From: an uncultured virus (IMG/VR IMGVR_UViG_2843834578_000006)
Taxonomy: Duplodnaviria > Heunggongvirae > Uroviricota > Caudoviricetes
Strand: one strand, 5' to 3'
Length of the DNA: 64,000 nucleotides
Virus record (IMG/VR): IMGVR_UViG_2843834578_000006
The translations under genes and the position numbers were made by a program. Shown here piece after piece: positions 9,639 through 19,459 of this stretch (positions are counted from its first letter, which is position 1; each line of letters starts with the position of its first letter). Under the pieces are notes generated by a model. That model worked only from the letters and a program-made list of their open reading frames with translations. It was not told the DNA's origin and made no database searches.

Positions 9639-11582
9639 TACGCCATCCTCTTGTTAAAATTAAACTGATATTCAGCCACTTTTTCAGCCACCACCGAACC
9701 GTCCAGCTCCACGGTGATTTGATTTGCAATCGTATGAGATTGCGAGGCAAGCCCTGCCTCAATACCGGCTGAAATCGTTGCCCCAAAAGCCTGAAAGTCG
9801 GCTTGATAGGTGGATAGGGTTTGAGTAACCGAATCAACTTTAGGGCGTAACTCTTGTAAGCTCGGAATGGTACTTAAAACCCCTTGTACAGCTCCCATAG
9901 TATTGCTATTCTTTTGCTTAGCCTCATAAGCACTCACATCTTTCCGATATTGCTCAAGGGTTTCATTACTACGAAAAAACGAGTGGAAACGGCTACCTAA
10001 AATCTCTTTTTTGTACTCGTACATTTTACGAGCTTGATAATTAGGATCTCTTAACTCTGCTTTTCGCTCCTCACTCATCGGGGCTTGGTCGCCGTGTAGC
10101 ATTGTGGCAACGCCTGCAACACTAGCAAAAGAGCCACCAACCGAAAGCAATTTACCTACCTTACCTTTACCTCCACTAGCTTTTGATGATTTATCCAAAA
10201 CATCACCAATTAGTCCGCCCTTGTCTTTTTTACCGGTTAATAAATCAAGCACACTTGATGCAGCAAGAGCTGCTCCAAAAATTTTAACGGCATCTGTTGC
10301 ACCACTTAAAAATTGAGTTAAGTTAGGGTATTCATTGGCGTATTTATTCAGTAATTCAGCTAATGTGCCTAACACTCCATTTACTTTTTCAAAGTTTTTC
10401 ATTTGTGCAAATTCAGTTGTATTTTTTAATGATTCAACTTTATGAGCATTAGTATCCCGAATAACAGCGTGAGAGGTTTCAACAGCTCCTTCACTATTCT
10501 GAATATCTTTCTGTACTTTTTCACCTAATTGAACATTATTCTTTATCCCTAATAGAGCCATTAATGCTTGGCGATCAGAAATAATTTCTCCAATTGCCGT
10601 ACCTTCAACTAAGTTTGTTAATTCATTGAATAAGCGTTTCTGCTCTTCGCCTTTAGCAGTTTTAAGTTTAGCTTGTAGTTCTTGATAGCGTTTATCACTC
10701 CCGACAACGTCATCCATAATAGACATAAAAGCCTGCAATGAATCTTGCCCTTTTCCCTTGTAATGCTCCATAGATTTTGCAAAATCAATCGCTTTGGTTT
10801 TGCCAGTTTTCGGATCTTTATATTCAATATTCTTAAAACGCTCATTAGTTTCTTTAGCAGTAATCTTACCCAACAGATTCACTAAATTATTACCAGCCTC
10901 GTTACTTGTACCGGCAGTGACACGAGCCTGTTGGTCGCTCAAATCCCTCAATGCCGCTTAAGCCAGCTTGTTTTGCAGCGGCCATTTGTTGAGGCAACCA
11001 ACTTGCCATATCTGCAAGCTCAAAGCTACCGGCTTGCCCAGCGGCAACTGCCATATCTAAGACTCGACCAATATCCTCTTCTTTAATCCCAAATTGTTGC
11101 ATTGAGGAAATAGCAATTTGAGCCATATCATTTGCACTTGCCCCTGTTGCGACCGCACCTTTCTGCAACGTTGGGAGTAAATTGAGAGCGGTTTCGGTAG
11201 AAACAGCACCTGAGGCAAGTAAAGCGTCTAGTGAGCTCAACGCTTCTTCTTTTGAGCCACCGCCTACACTTACTGCTTTCTGTACGGCATCAAGTAACTC
11301 TCTTTTCCCATCAATACGCCCTTTCACATCACGATCTGAAAAGGCGGTATTCGCTACCATTGCAAGCTGTCTATCAAATTCCATTTGATTTCTTGCAGGC
11401 TGGCGAGCCATTGCTGCACCTGCAGCAATTCCAACCCCTGCACCCATCAACCCACGCCCAAAACTTCCTGCCTTATCCCCAAAACTGGTTTTACCCAATT
11501 CAGCATTTAACTCTCGGACTCGTTGCTTAGTCGCTTCTGAGGCACGGCGTAGCTCATTTTGCGAGGCAACACCTGAGCGTTT
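9638..11582 (-). pseudogene. Tape measure protein, middle and C-terminal part, frameshifted near 10935
   Basis: ...GIEGFER then 1-nt offset to QQARVTAGTSNEAGNN; AGQAGSFEL.DMA motif. Confidence 0.85.
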
Positions 11583-13134
11583 CGAAATGCCACCGCACTT
11601 GGCGGAGCTGGTTGCCGTAGCAAATGCTAAAAAGACGGCAAAACGCACACTCTCGGTGCGAACCTTAAACGGCTGGGTGGTGGATTACTGCAAGGCAGAG
11701 AACGCCGAGCAACGGTTGAAACTGCTTGCCCCACAGGTACGGCAGGAGACCAAGCCGGAAGAAATTTGGTGGCTAAGTGCTTTTTTAGGCGTATATCGGC
11801 AGAAAAACGGTATTTGCCTCACCGAAGCCTACCGAGAATTTGAGGTGGAATGGGCGTATCAGTATGCAGACAACCCGCTACTGTTGGCACAATGCCCCAG
11901 CCTAAGCCAAGTACAGCGAGCGATGAATAAGTTGCCGTTGTATGTGAAAGAGTACGGCAGACGCACCGGCTCGCATTACAAGCAGTTACTGAGCTATGTG
12001 AAGCGGGATTGGTCGGTACTTCGAGCAAATGATGTATGGATTGGTGACGGTCACTCACTGAAGCTCAAAGTAGCCCACCCGATACACGGTAAGCCGTTTA
12101 CCCCTGAGCTGACAATGATTGTCGATGGTGCTGGTAGAAAAGTGGTGGGCTGGTCGCTGGCACTCAGTGAGAACGCCTTTGCGGTGGCTGATGCACTACG
12201 CCACGCCATTAGCCTACACGGTGTGCCGGCAATCTACTACTCGGATAACGGTGGTGGTGAAAAGAATAAATTTTTGGATGCGGAAATCACGGGGATGTTG
12301 CCCCGCCTCGGTATCCGACACGAAACAGGGATTGCGGGCAATCCGCAGGGGCGAGGCATTATTGAACGCTTAAATAAAACCATCGGTATGACGATTGCCC
12401 GACAGTTTGAAACCGGCTATGCAACCGGTGCAGATCCGGAAACCGTTCGCAAAACCCTGTATGCGGTGAACTCACTGGCAAATGCCAAAGGGGAATTAAC
12501 CCCACTACAACGTAAAGCCCAAGGCAAATTGCCAACGTGGCAACAGTTGATTGAAGTAATCCAATCGGTGATTGACTGGTACAACAACGAGCATATTCAC
12601 TCGGAAATCCGTACCACGCCGGCACGCAAATATCAGCAGATGTTGCACGCAGAAGATGTGGTGATGTTAAGCCCTATTGAGTTGCGGGATATGAGCCGAC
12701 CGGAATTTATCCGTAAGCCGGATCGAGGTTGGGTAAGTTGGAATAACAACCACTATTTTAACTTGAAATTACTGGATTTTGACCGTGAAGAAGTGGTGAT
12801 CGGGATTGATATTCACAATGCCGAGAGCGTGCAGGTGCGTACCAAAGACGGCAGGTTTATTTGCGAGGCAATTTGGAACGGTAACACCCGAGAGGCATTC
12901 CCGGTGGCGATGGTAGAACAGCAGCGTAAAGAACGCCATAAACGCCGAGCCAACCTTAAACAGCAACAGCTTGATGAGATTAATGCGGAATTAAACCCGG
13001 TTTTAACCATTGAGCAGAAAAACGATTTTAGCTTGCTGGCAACGGCAAGAAAACCGAAAAAAGAAGTAGAACCGATTTTTTTGACCCGAGCAGAAAAAGA
13101 GGATTACGAAAAAAAGTTAGCAGTGGGAGGCTAA
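11583..13134 (+). CDS. Mu transposase A, 5'-truncated (DDE core and C-terminus)
   Basis: WIGDGH, YSDNG, GRGIIER catalytic motifs; followed by MuB. Confidence 0.92.
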
Positions 13135-13137
13135 ACG

Positions 13138-14019
13138 ATGAAAAACCAAGAACTTAGAGCCTTAATGGATAGCAAAGGCTATCAACAAAAACAAGTGGCA
13201 CAGCTTTTAGGTGTATCCGTTGCCACAGTCAGTCTGTATCTCAAAGGCGATTATAACGGCAATGTGGCTGAAATGGATCGCAAAGTAGACGAGCTGATTG
13301 AGCGTGATAAGGCAAAAGTGGTGGAAGCGAAATATAACGCTGCTTTTGTGCCAACTTTGGCGGCACGCAGAGGAATGGAGGTAATGCAGTTTGCCCATAT
13401 TGAAGGCGAAATTAATGTGATTTTTGGGGCAGCCGGCTTAGGTAAAACCCAAATGCTCAAAGAATACGAACGCAGAAACAGCTCTGCAACATTAATTGAG
13501 GTTGATCCGAGTTGCACACCTAAAGTCTTGCTCCGCAAGATTGCCGAGGCGGTGGGGGCAAATGCCAGAGGGGTAAATAACGAACTATTAGAAAGCATTG
13601 TGAACAAGTTAAAAGGCTCTGAAAGGTTGCTAATGATTGATGAAGCTGAATTACTTTCGACCCGCTCGCTGGAGTTTATCCGCCGAATCCACGATTTAAC
13701 CAGCGTGGGCGTGGTGTTAGCCGGTATGCCGAGATTGTTGGTTAATCTTAAAGGTAAAAATAATGAGCTGGCACAGCTTTATAGCCGAGTAGGTTTTGCT
13801 TGTGATTTGGGAAATGCCTTGAGCGAGGAAGATTTGGGGCTATTAGCCGAAAGTGCGTTAGGTACAAATGAATTTAATGCCCCGCTAATTAAAGCTTGTC
13901 ACGGCAATGCCCGCCGATTAAGTAAGTTAATGCGTGGCGTGGTGCGGTCTAGCGAGATTAACCAAACACCAATTAGTAAAGATTTGGTTGAGCAATATAG
14001 CAAGATGTTGATTAGCTAA
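13138..14019 (+). CDS. MuB-like transposition AAA+ ATPase
   Basis: N-terminal HTH, Walker A GAAGLGKT, Walker B MIDEAE. Confidence 0.93.
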   Translation: MKNQELRALMDSKGYQQKQVAQLLGVSVATVSLYLKGDYNGNVAEMDRKVDELIERDKAKVVEAKYNAAFVPTLAARRGMEVMQFAHIEGEINVIFGAAGLGKTQMLKEYERRNSSATLIEVDPSCTPKVLLRKIAEAVGANARGVNNELLESIVNKLKGSERLLMIDEAELLSTRSLEFIRRIHDLTSVGVVLAGMPRLLVNLKGKNNELAQLYSRVGFACDLGNALSEEDLGLLAESALGTNEFNAPLIKACHGNARRLSKLMRGVVRSSEINQTPISKDLVEQYSKMLIS

Positions 14020-14029
14020 GGAGCAAGTT

Positions 14030-14350
14030 ATGCAAAAGGTTTACAGCGAAAAAGCAGGCGAAATGATGAACCCCTTAAATGCGTTTATCCACGACAGCCT
14101 TGTGAAGTTAGAAATTGCCACTTTGGAATGTGAGGCGATGGAGTTGGAAGTTGAACGAGTGGAGTTTGAAGCGAAAAGCCCACCCCGCTTGGTCTTACGG
14201 GATAACTGCAAAACACAGGATTTAGTCAAGAACGGCTTGGCAAGCCTGTTTGGAATGAAAACCAAAGGCGGCAGACGGTATGACAGCTATCAAATGCAGG
14301 TGCGGGGGGTGAAATGCGTGTGGGAGTCTGAACGTGTTACGAAGGTGTAG
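14030..14350 (+). CDS. Mu-like early hypothetical protein
   Basis: RBS AAGGAG; operon context. Confidence 0.7.
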   Translation: MQKVYSEKAGEMMNPLNAFIHDSLVKLEIATLECEAMELEVERVEFEAKSPPRLVLRDNCKTQDLVKNGLASLFGMKTKGGRRYDSYQMQVRGVKCVWESERVTKV

Positions 14351-14352
14351 AA

Positions 14353-14544
14353 ATGAAAAAACGGCGAATGATTTATGCCCTGTATGTTGGCGAAGAGAAT
14401 GTGGCTGACGGTACGGCGGAAGAGTTAGCAGAACGGTTGGGGGTGGAGGCGAAAACAGTGCGGTTTATGTCGTCCCCTGCTCACAACAAAAGAGTGAAAT
14501 ATAACGGTAAAGCAATCCGCACCGTGAAAGTCGGGTTGGAATAG
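14353..14544 (+). CDS. Small DNA-binding protein
   Basis: YALYVGE..DGTAEELAERLGV HTH-like pattern. Confidence 0.7.
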   Translation: MKKRRMIYALYVGEENVADGTAEELAERLGVEAKTVRFMSSPAHNKRVKYNGKAIRTVKVGLE

Positions 14545-14556
14545 AGAGGAAGTATT

Positions 14557-15174
14557 ATGAGTAAAGTAACAATCGGTAATGAAATTTACTGGAAAGATGC
14601 TGATGGCAATTTAAAGCCGGAGGCATTAGTAAAAGAAATCGACAAAGAACGTGATGAATTAGTTCGCCAATTTGTAAGCAAAGCACAAGCGTTAAGCAAA
14701 GCGTTAGGTGATTTTAAACAATCCGTATTTGATGACGTGGGGGCTTTTGTCAGCCTATCGGCTGACAAATATGGAGTAAAAATTGGCGGTGCAAAAGGCA
14801 ATATCACACTATTTACTTATGACGGTGAATATAAGTTGCAGTTAGCAGTGCAAGAGAATATTCGCTTTGATGAGCGTATTCACGCAGCAAAAGCCTTGAT
14901 TGATGAATGCTTGCACGATTGGTCGGAAGGGGCAAAACCGGAGCTTAAGGCCTTAATTGATAATGCGTTTGAGGTGGATAAGGAAGGTAATTTATCTACA
15001 GCAAAAATTCTCTCTCTCCGCCGTGTTGAGATTGATGATGCAAGATGGAATCAAGCAATGACAGCGATTTCAGATAGCGTACAAGTGATCGGTAGTAAAG
15101 GTTATATCCGTTTTTATAAACGTGATGAAAACGGAAAGTATCAGCCGATTAGTTTAGATATGGCGGGGGTTTAG
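14557..15174 (+). CDS. DUF3164-family Mu-like protein (position of Mu gam)
   Basis: GGAKGNITL..FDERIHAAKALIDEC..AFEVDKEG..YIRFY. Confidence 0.82.
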   Translation: MSKVTIGNEIYWKDADGNLKPEALVKEIDKERDELVRQFVSKAQALSKALGDFKQSVFDDVGAFVSLSADKYGVKIGGAKGNITLFTYDGEYKLQLAVQENIRFDERIHAAKALIDECLHDWSEGAKPELKALIDNAFEVDKEGNLSTAKILSLRRVEIDDARWNQAMTAISDSVQVIGSKGYIRFYKRDENGKYQPISLDMAGV

Positions 15175-15175
15175 A

Positions 15176-15382
15176 ATGTTTATTACTTTTAATGTTAATT
15201 ATACGGATAAACCTGTTGTGGTTAATACAGACAAGGTTTGTTCAATAGAAAATATTAACGGGAATGTAACAGTACACTTTTGTGATAACAAAAAATTAAT
15301 AATGATGGACTTTGATGATAAAGAATATGCATCGTTATTAAATCATTTGCATATTTTAAATCAGTTAAAAAGAAAGTCTTAG
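15176..15382 (+). CDS. AT-rich hypothetical protein
   Basis: Coupled to upstream stop. Confidence 0.6.
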   Translation: MFITFNVNYTDKPVVVNTDKVCSIENINGNVTVHFCDNKKLIMMDFDDKEYASLLNHLHILNQLKRKS

Positions 15383-15422
15383 TTAAAAAACCTTTTCAAT
15401 GCCCTTTAAAAATCTCCCCTAG

Positions 15423-15443
15423 CCCCTCTTTTTCAAAGAGGGG
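15423..15443. repeat. REP-like palindrome, copy 1
   Basis: CCCCTCTTT-ttc-AAAGAGGGG; same arms at 23562-23582. Confidence 0.7.
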
Positions 15444-15492
15444 GACAAGATAGAAGGGCATTTATAAAGTGTTTTAACCACAGGAGGAAAAA

Positions 15493-15696
15493 ATGAAAAC
15501 AGAACAAAAGGCGACCGAGTTTGACCGCTACAAACATTATGCCGAGAAAGCAGCGGAAGCCGAACGTAAAGGCAATTATGCAGAAGCCCAAGACCATTGG
15601 AAAGTTGCAAAATTATCAGCAAAAAAGACCGCTAACTGAGACTGGGCGGGGCAACGAGCGGTATTTTGTAAACGTATGCATAAGAAACCGTTTTAG
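15493..15696 (+). pseudogene. ANR-family small protein with in-frame TGA at 15637
   Basis: RBS AGGAGG; MKTEQKATEFDRYKHYAEKAAEAER...AN*DWAGQRAVFCKRM. Confidence 0.7.
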
Positions 15697-15702
15697 GAGG
15701 AG

Positions 15703-15888
15703 ATGATGACCGAACAAGAGAAAAACGAACTTAACAGCCAATTAAACGAGGCGTTAATGCAGATTATTCAGGCACAAAAATATTTAAAACAGAGTGACTT
15801 TATTCGCAGTGGTGTTTATCTCGGCACGGTGCAGGATTTGTTGCCAAAGGTGCATTTGAAGTTATTAACGGCAAATCGGAAACATTAA
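15703..15888 (+). CDS. Hypothetical protein
   Basis: RBS AGGAGG. Confidence 0.65.
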   Translation: MMTEQEKNELNSQLNEALMQIIQAQKYLKQSDFIRSGVYLGTVQDLLPKVHLKLLTANRKH

Positions 15889-15910
15889 CCACCCCAGTAA
15901 GGAGTTAAGA

Positions 15911-16486
15911 ATGAAATTTAGATTTTTTAAAGGGGATATAACCCAAGAGCCACTAAAAAGCATTTATGCAGATTATCAAGTATCTAAAGAAGAACGCAAG
16001 GATAAGCTCAATGCTATTTTAGAAAAATATCCTTTCAATGATGGATTAATTAGTAGGTCAGGCTGGTTTCATAGAATAGTTATAGGGATTGCTTGTAAAG
16101 CAACCAATATTAGCCAAGTTTTAGATGTTAAAGGGTTCAAGGTCGGTAAATTTAATGATGAGTTTTACCTCGTCAAACCTGATAAACGTTACGAAAAAGG
16201 GAAAGAACTTGCAGAAGATTTTAAAGCAATTAATGAAATTTATGAGAAACATCGTGATTTTTCGCCCTATATCTTAAAACGTTTGAATATGCTTTATTTT
16301 GTAAGTGATTTTAGTTATTCCCCAACATCAGGTAGAAGTTATTTAGCCGTAGCAGGCATTTGTGAAAACACCTTACTGGTTGAAATGCCAATGCCTATTG
16401 ATAAAAATGATGAACCATTTCCTGAGATTGCAGAGGGATTGGTTGAGATTAAAGAAAGTGAGTTTTTAGCAATACAGGGGAAGTAA
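15911..16486 (+). CDS. Phage accessory protein (Eac-like, C-terminal EIKESEF)
   Basis: RBS AAGGAG; AT-rich. Confidence 0.6.
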   Translation: MKFRFFKGDITQEPLKSIYADYQVSKEERKDKLNAILEKYPFNDGLISRSGWFHRIVIGIACKATNISQVLDVKGFKVGKFNDEFYLVKPDKRYEKGKELAEDFKAINEIYEKHRDFSPYILKRLNMLYFVSDFSYSPTSGRSYLAVAGICENTLLVEMPMPIDKNDEPFPEIAEGLVEIKESEFLAIQGK

Positions 16487-16556
16487 TAAAACCCATTTAC
16501 AGCCCATTTAACCCCTATTTAAGTGGGCTGAATAATGTGTTTTATAGGAGCATAAA

Positions 16557-16727
16557 ATGGAATATCAAAAAATTCCTGAATATCGGTTATGTAAAAAGAA
16601 ATCGGGAGAGATTGTGTTACAACAATTAGTTATTTGCGAGCTAACTCCAGCAACTTGGCATAACCCATACCCTGATAGTCGAACTTATTGGGTTGATCTC
16701 GAAACAATAGAAGAAGGAACAGAATGA
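16557..16727 (+). CDS. 56-aa hypothetical protein (absent from ORF track)
   Basis: RBS AGGAG; MEYQKIPEYRLCKKKSGEIVLQQ...WVDLETIEEGTE; stop overlaps next ATG. Confidence 0.65.
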   Translation: MEYQKIPEYRLCKKKSGEIVLQQLVICELTPATWHNPYPDSRTYWVDLETIEEGTE

Positions 16728-17281
16728 TGAAACTATGCAAATGCCCGATTTGCCATTCCGACATCTCGTTTGAGGCGTTGATTGAAGATGATGCAGGGCG
16801 TGAGTTGTTAAATACGATAGTCAATATCGGTGGGAATTGTGGGCGTGCGGTGGTGGCGTATTTAGGGTTATTTAAGCCACAGAAAAACAGCCTTGCCAAT
16901 AGCCGAGCCTTGAAAATTGTGCAGAGTTTATTGGAGCTTTACCCTCCCTCTAATGTGTTAGAAAAAGCCTTAATGGATACGGTGGAACAAGTAAGACGGA
17001 ATCGGCGTGAAACTGGCAGATGTGAGCCGCTGGCAAATCATAATTACTTGAAGAAAGTATATGAAAGCGTGAAGCCACAATTTGCAGTAGTAAGAAGTGA
17101 AGCGAAAGCAGTGAGTAGCCTTGAGCAACAGCAACGGCAAGCAGACCAAAAGAAACACGATGCCGTGATGTATGTGGAACGAATGAAGCAAATGGGGCAA
17201 CTGGAAGCCGTTAAGAACACCGAAAGTTATCAAATTTGGCTGAAATGGCAGGAGGAAAAGCAAAATGCAACCGCAAACTAG
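16724..17281 (+). CDS. Conserved Mu-like protein with N-terminal CxCPxC
   Basis: MKLCKCPICH..YLGLFKP..PLANHNYLKKV. Confidence 0.75.
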   Translation: MMKLCKCPICHSDISFEALIEDDAGRELLNTIVNIGGNCGRAVVAYLGLFKPQKNSLANSRALKIVQSLLELYPPSNVLEKALMDTVEQVRRNRRETGRCEPLANHNYLKKVYESVKPQFAVVRSEAKAVSSLEQQQRQADQKKHDAVMYVERMKQMGQLEAVKNTESYQIWLKWQEEKQNATAN

Positions 17282-17690
17282 AAAGCAGATGATACAGAAA
17301 ATCCATATCGGCAAAAATGAGCTAAAACTGGATGATAACGCCTATAAAATGCTGTTGTTAGAGGCGGTGGATAAACCAAGCTGCTCAATGATGACCGATA
17401 GCGAATTAATGACCGTACTGCAAACAATGAAAGCTAAAGGGTTTGTGGTGAAGTCGAAAAAATACGGTAAACGCCCAACAGCAAGTAAAACCGCCCCTCA
17501 CCGGCAAGGGTTGATAAATAAAATCGGGGCGTTGCTGTATCAAAGCCAAAAGCCGTGGGATTACGCCCACGCCATTGCCAAACGCTCGTTTGGTATTGAG
17601 CGGGTGCAATGGCTGACAGATGATCAGTTGCATAAATTAGTGCAGATATTGGCGAGTTATAACCATAGGCACGGAATGAGTGTTAAATAA
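17265..17690 (+). CDS. gemA: GemA / Mu gp16 family
   Basis: IQKIHIGKNELKLDDNAY..SCSMMT..KIGAL. Confidence 0.85.
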   Translation: MQPQTRKQMIQKIHIGKNELKLDDNAYKMLLLEAVDKPSCSMMTDSELMTVLQTMKAKGFVVKSKKYGKRPTASKTAPHRQGLINKIGALLYQSQKPWDYAHAIAKRSFGIERVQWLTDDQLHKLVQILASYNHRHGMSVK

Positions 17691-17778
17691 TAAATTTATT
17701 GCATAGCCCACTTTAAATAGTGGGCTTTTTTGTGGTAGATTTTAGGTGTTTTTTAATCAACTTTTAAAGGTATTTAAA

Positions 17779-18126
17779 ATGAAAGAACTGCTATTAACAA
17801 CCTTATGCTTATTGTCGTTACCAGCAATAGCAATGACAGAAAAAGCTGAACAAGAAACAGCAAATGCTCTTGTAAGTGGTGATTATCAACAGTTAAGAAA
17901 TGTAGCTTACGGAATGGAAACTGGTTCGTTTGGGCACGATCACAATCCTATTGCTGCTTGTGCTTTACGCCGTGTTATTTTGCTTGTTAATTCGGACAAG
18001 GTTGATATGACTGACTTTAACAACGAGGCGATTGCTTGCCGTAAAATTGAGGTTACAGATAATCAACAGGCTTGGGAAACTGCCTTTACCATTGCAAAAT
18101 CCATTTCTGCAACCAAGAAAAAATAA
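17779..18126 (+). CDS. Secreted moron protein
   Basis: Signal peptide MKELLLTTLCLLSLPAIA; hairpins at 17705-17726 and 18131-18150 flank it. Confidence 0.7.
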   Translation: MKELLLTTLCLLSLPAIAMTEKAEQETANALVSGDYQQLRNVAYGMETGSFGHDHNPIAACALRRVILLVNSDKVDMTDFNNEAIACRKIEVTDNQQAWETAFTIAKSISATKKK

Positions 18127-18194
18127 ATTTAGACCGCTTTCAAGCGGTCTTTTTTATTTACATAAAAAAATTTAAGAAAAAAACGAAAAATCAC

Positions 18195-18222
18195 TTGCAA
18201 TAGGTAATTATATTACTATAAT
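18195..18222 (+). promoter_or_regulatory. Sigma70 promoter with palindromic operator
   Basis: TTGCAA-16-TATAAT; GTAAT-tat-ATTAC in the spacer. Confidence 0.75.
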
Positions 18223-18251
18223 GCACCCATAGCCAAACAGGAGAAATTAAA

Positions 18252-18644
18252 ATGACAGATTACCAAAAACTTTTAAATGCTTTACTAAACGATGCCGATG
18301 AAGACTGCTTCGCTGTTTATGGTTTAAGAGCAACTACAGATGTGCATCAAGTTGGCGATGAATTAGGAAATTCTTTTGTTTGGGTCGATGGTGAAAAAAC
18401 AGATGAAGAATTAGACGGCATTTGTACAATGGGAATCCAAAATGCAGATGAAGCAGGTTTGTTAAATGCTATTAAAAATCTAGGTCGTGATGCTTGCAAA
18501 AAATTTGATGTTGAATTTAAAGGTTTCCAGTCATACTGTGGGCAAAACTTTATCCTAGTTAAAGGCGATAGTGCAAGAGGCGGAGAAGATAAAGGCGAGA
18601 GCATTATTAGAAACCCTATCGTTGTTGCTGTATTTAATAGCTAG
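18252..18644 (+). CDS. Acidic hypothetical protein, candidate anti-CRISPR/anti-defence
   Basis: 130 aa, about 23 D/E vs 12 K/R; own promoter; directly upstream of aca3-like gene. Confidence 0.6.
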   Translation: MTDYQKLLNALLNDADEDCFAVYGLRATTDVHQVGDELGNSFVWVDGEKTDEELDGICTMGIQNADEAGLLNAIKNLGRDACKKFDVEFKGFQSYCGQNFILVKGDSARGGEDKGESIIRNPIVVAVFNS

Positions 18645-18662
18645 TTTAATGGAGGGAGGTGA

Positions 18663-18878
18663 ATGATTGAAAACCCAGAGTTTGGATACACACCAAGCAA
18701 CTTAAAAATGCTAAGAAAGCACCATAACCTCACACAAACAGAGGTAGCTAACATATTAGGGGTCGGGCAAAGAATAGTAATGCGGTGGGAGACAGAACTG
18801 TCATCAACCGCAGCTAGATCAGATATGCCGTACACAAAATGGGCTGAGCTTTTAAAAAATTTGCAAAAAAATTTTTAA
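18663..18878 (+). CDS. Aca3-like XRE HTH regulator
   Basis: MIENPEFGYTPSNLK..LTQ.EVA..WE..SDMPYTKW closely parallels Neisseria Aca3 as recalled (IDNPELGYTPANLK..SDMPHTRW). Confidence 0.75.
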   Translation: MIENPEFGYTPSNLKMLRKHHNLTQTEVANILGVGQRIVMRWETELSSTAARSDMPYTKWAELLKNLQKNF

Positions 18879-18948
18879 GTAAGTATTACAGATTTGAATA
18901 ACCCCCTTGGATAATGGCTTTCGTGGAAATTATTCAAGGGGATTTTTT

Positions 18949-19374
18949 ATGTCTGAATTTGAAAGTGTCGAACATTATTTGCCGGAAACGGTGAAAGAAA
19001 TTGTGGGCGTGATTGGTTTGCCGGCAACTGAAAAGCTAATCAAAGCCTTTGGTGGCTTTTCATTCCAATTTTCTAACGGAAAACTCTATTTTAATAAGCT
19101 CAAAGAGGTATTAGGGCAAGATGATGCAGTGAAATTACAGGCTTATATGGGAGCTTGCGAGGTCTATTTGCCACGTTGTGAAACCGCATTAAGAATGTTG
19201 CGTAATCAGCAGATTTATGCCGATTATTGTCAATTAACCGAGCAAGGAGGGCTAAGTGGCAGGCTTGCGATTATGCAAATTTGCCCTAAATACAGCGTGT
19301 GTGATCGTGTTGCGTGGGAGGCAGTACGATATTATCAGCGTAAGCATACCGTTTCGCAAGCTACCTTGTTTTAA
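18949..19374 (+). CDS. Mor/C-family transcription activator
   Basis: LPETVKEIVGVIG..FGG..VYLPRC..RNQQI; upstream of lysis genes. Confidence 0.88.
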   Translation: MSEFESVEHYLPETVKEIVGVIGLPATEKLIKAFGGFSFQFSNGKLYFNKLKEVLGQDDAVKLQAYMGACEVYLPRCETALRMLRNQQIYADYCQLTEQGGLSGRLAIMQICPKYSVCDRVAWEAVRYYQRKHTVSQATLF

Positions 19375-19375
19375 G

Positions 19376-19407
19376 TGTGGAATCCTTTCGCCTGCTCCCC
19401 GTTGCTC
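19376..19407 (+). promoter_or_regulatory. Putative late promoter motif (lysis operon)
   Basis: TGTGGAA..CTCCCCGTTGCTC. Confidence 0.6.
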
Positions 19408-19459
19408 TAAATCATTAAAGTCTCTTTAAATCATCATTGAATTTAAAGAGGCTTTTTTT

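Noticed and set aside
4951..11582. Gin/gix-type invertible G segment
   Set aside because: Repeats lie within the tape measure, the block holds baseplate rather than fibre genes, no invertase, and flipping leaves gp48 truncated
10902..11648. Signal-peptide-like start MRFAVFLAFATAT
   Set aside because: Antisense of the MuA fragment fused across the junction to the tape measure
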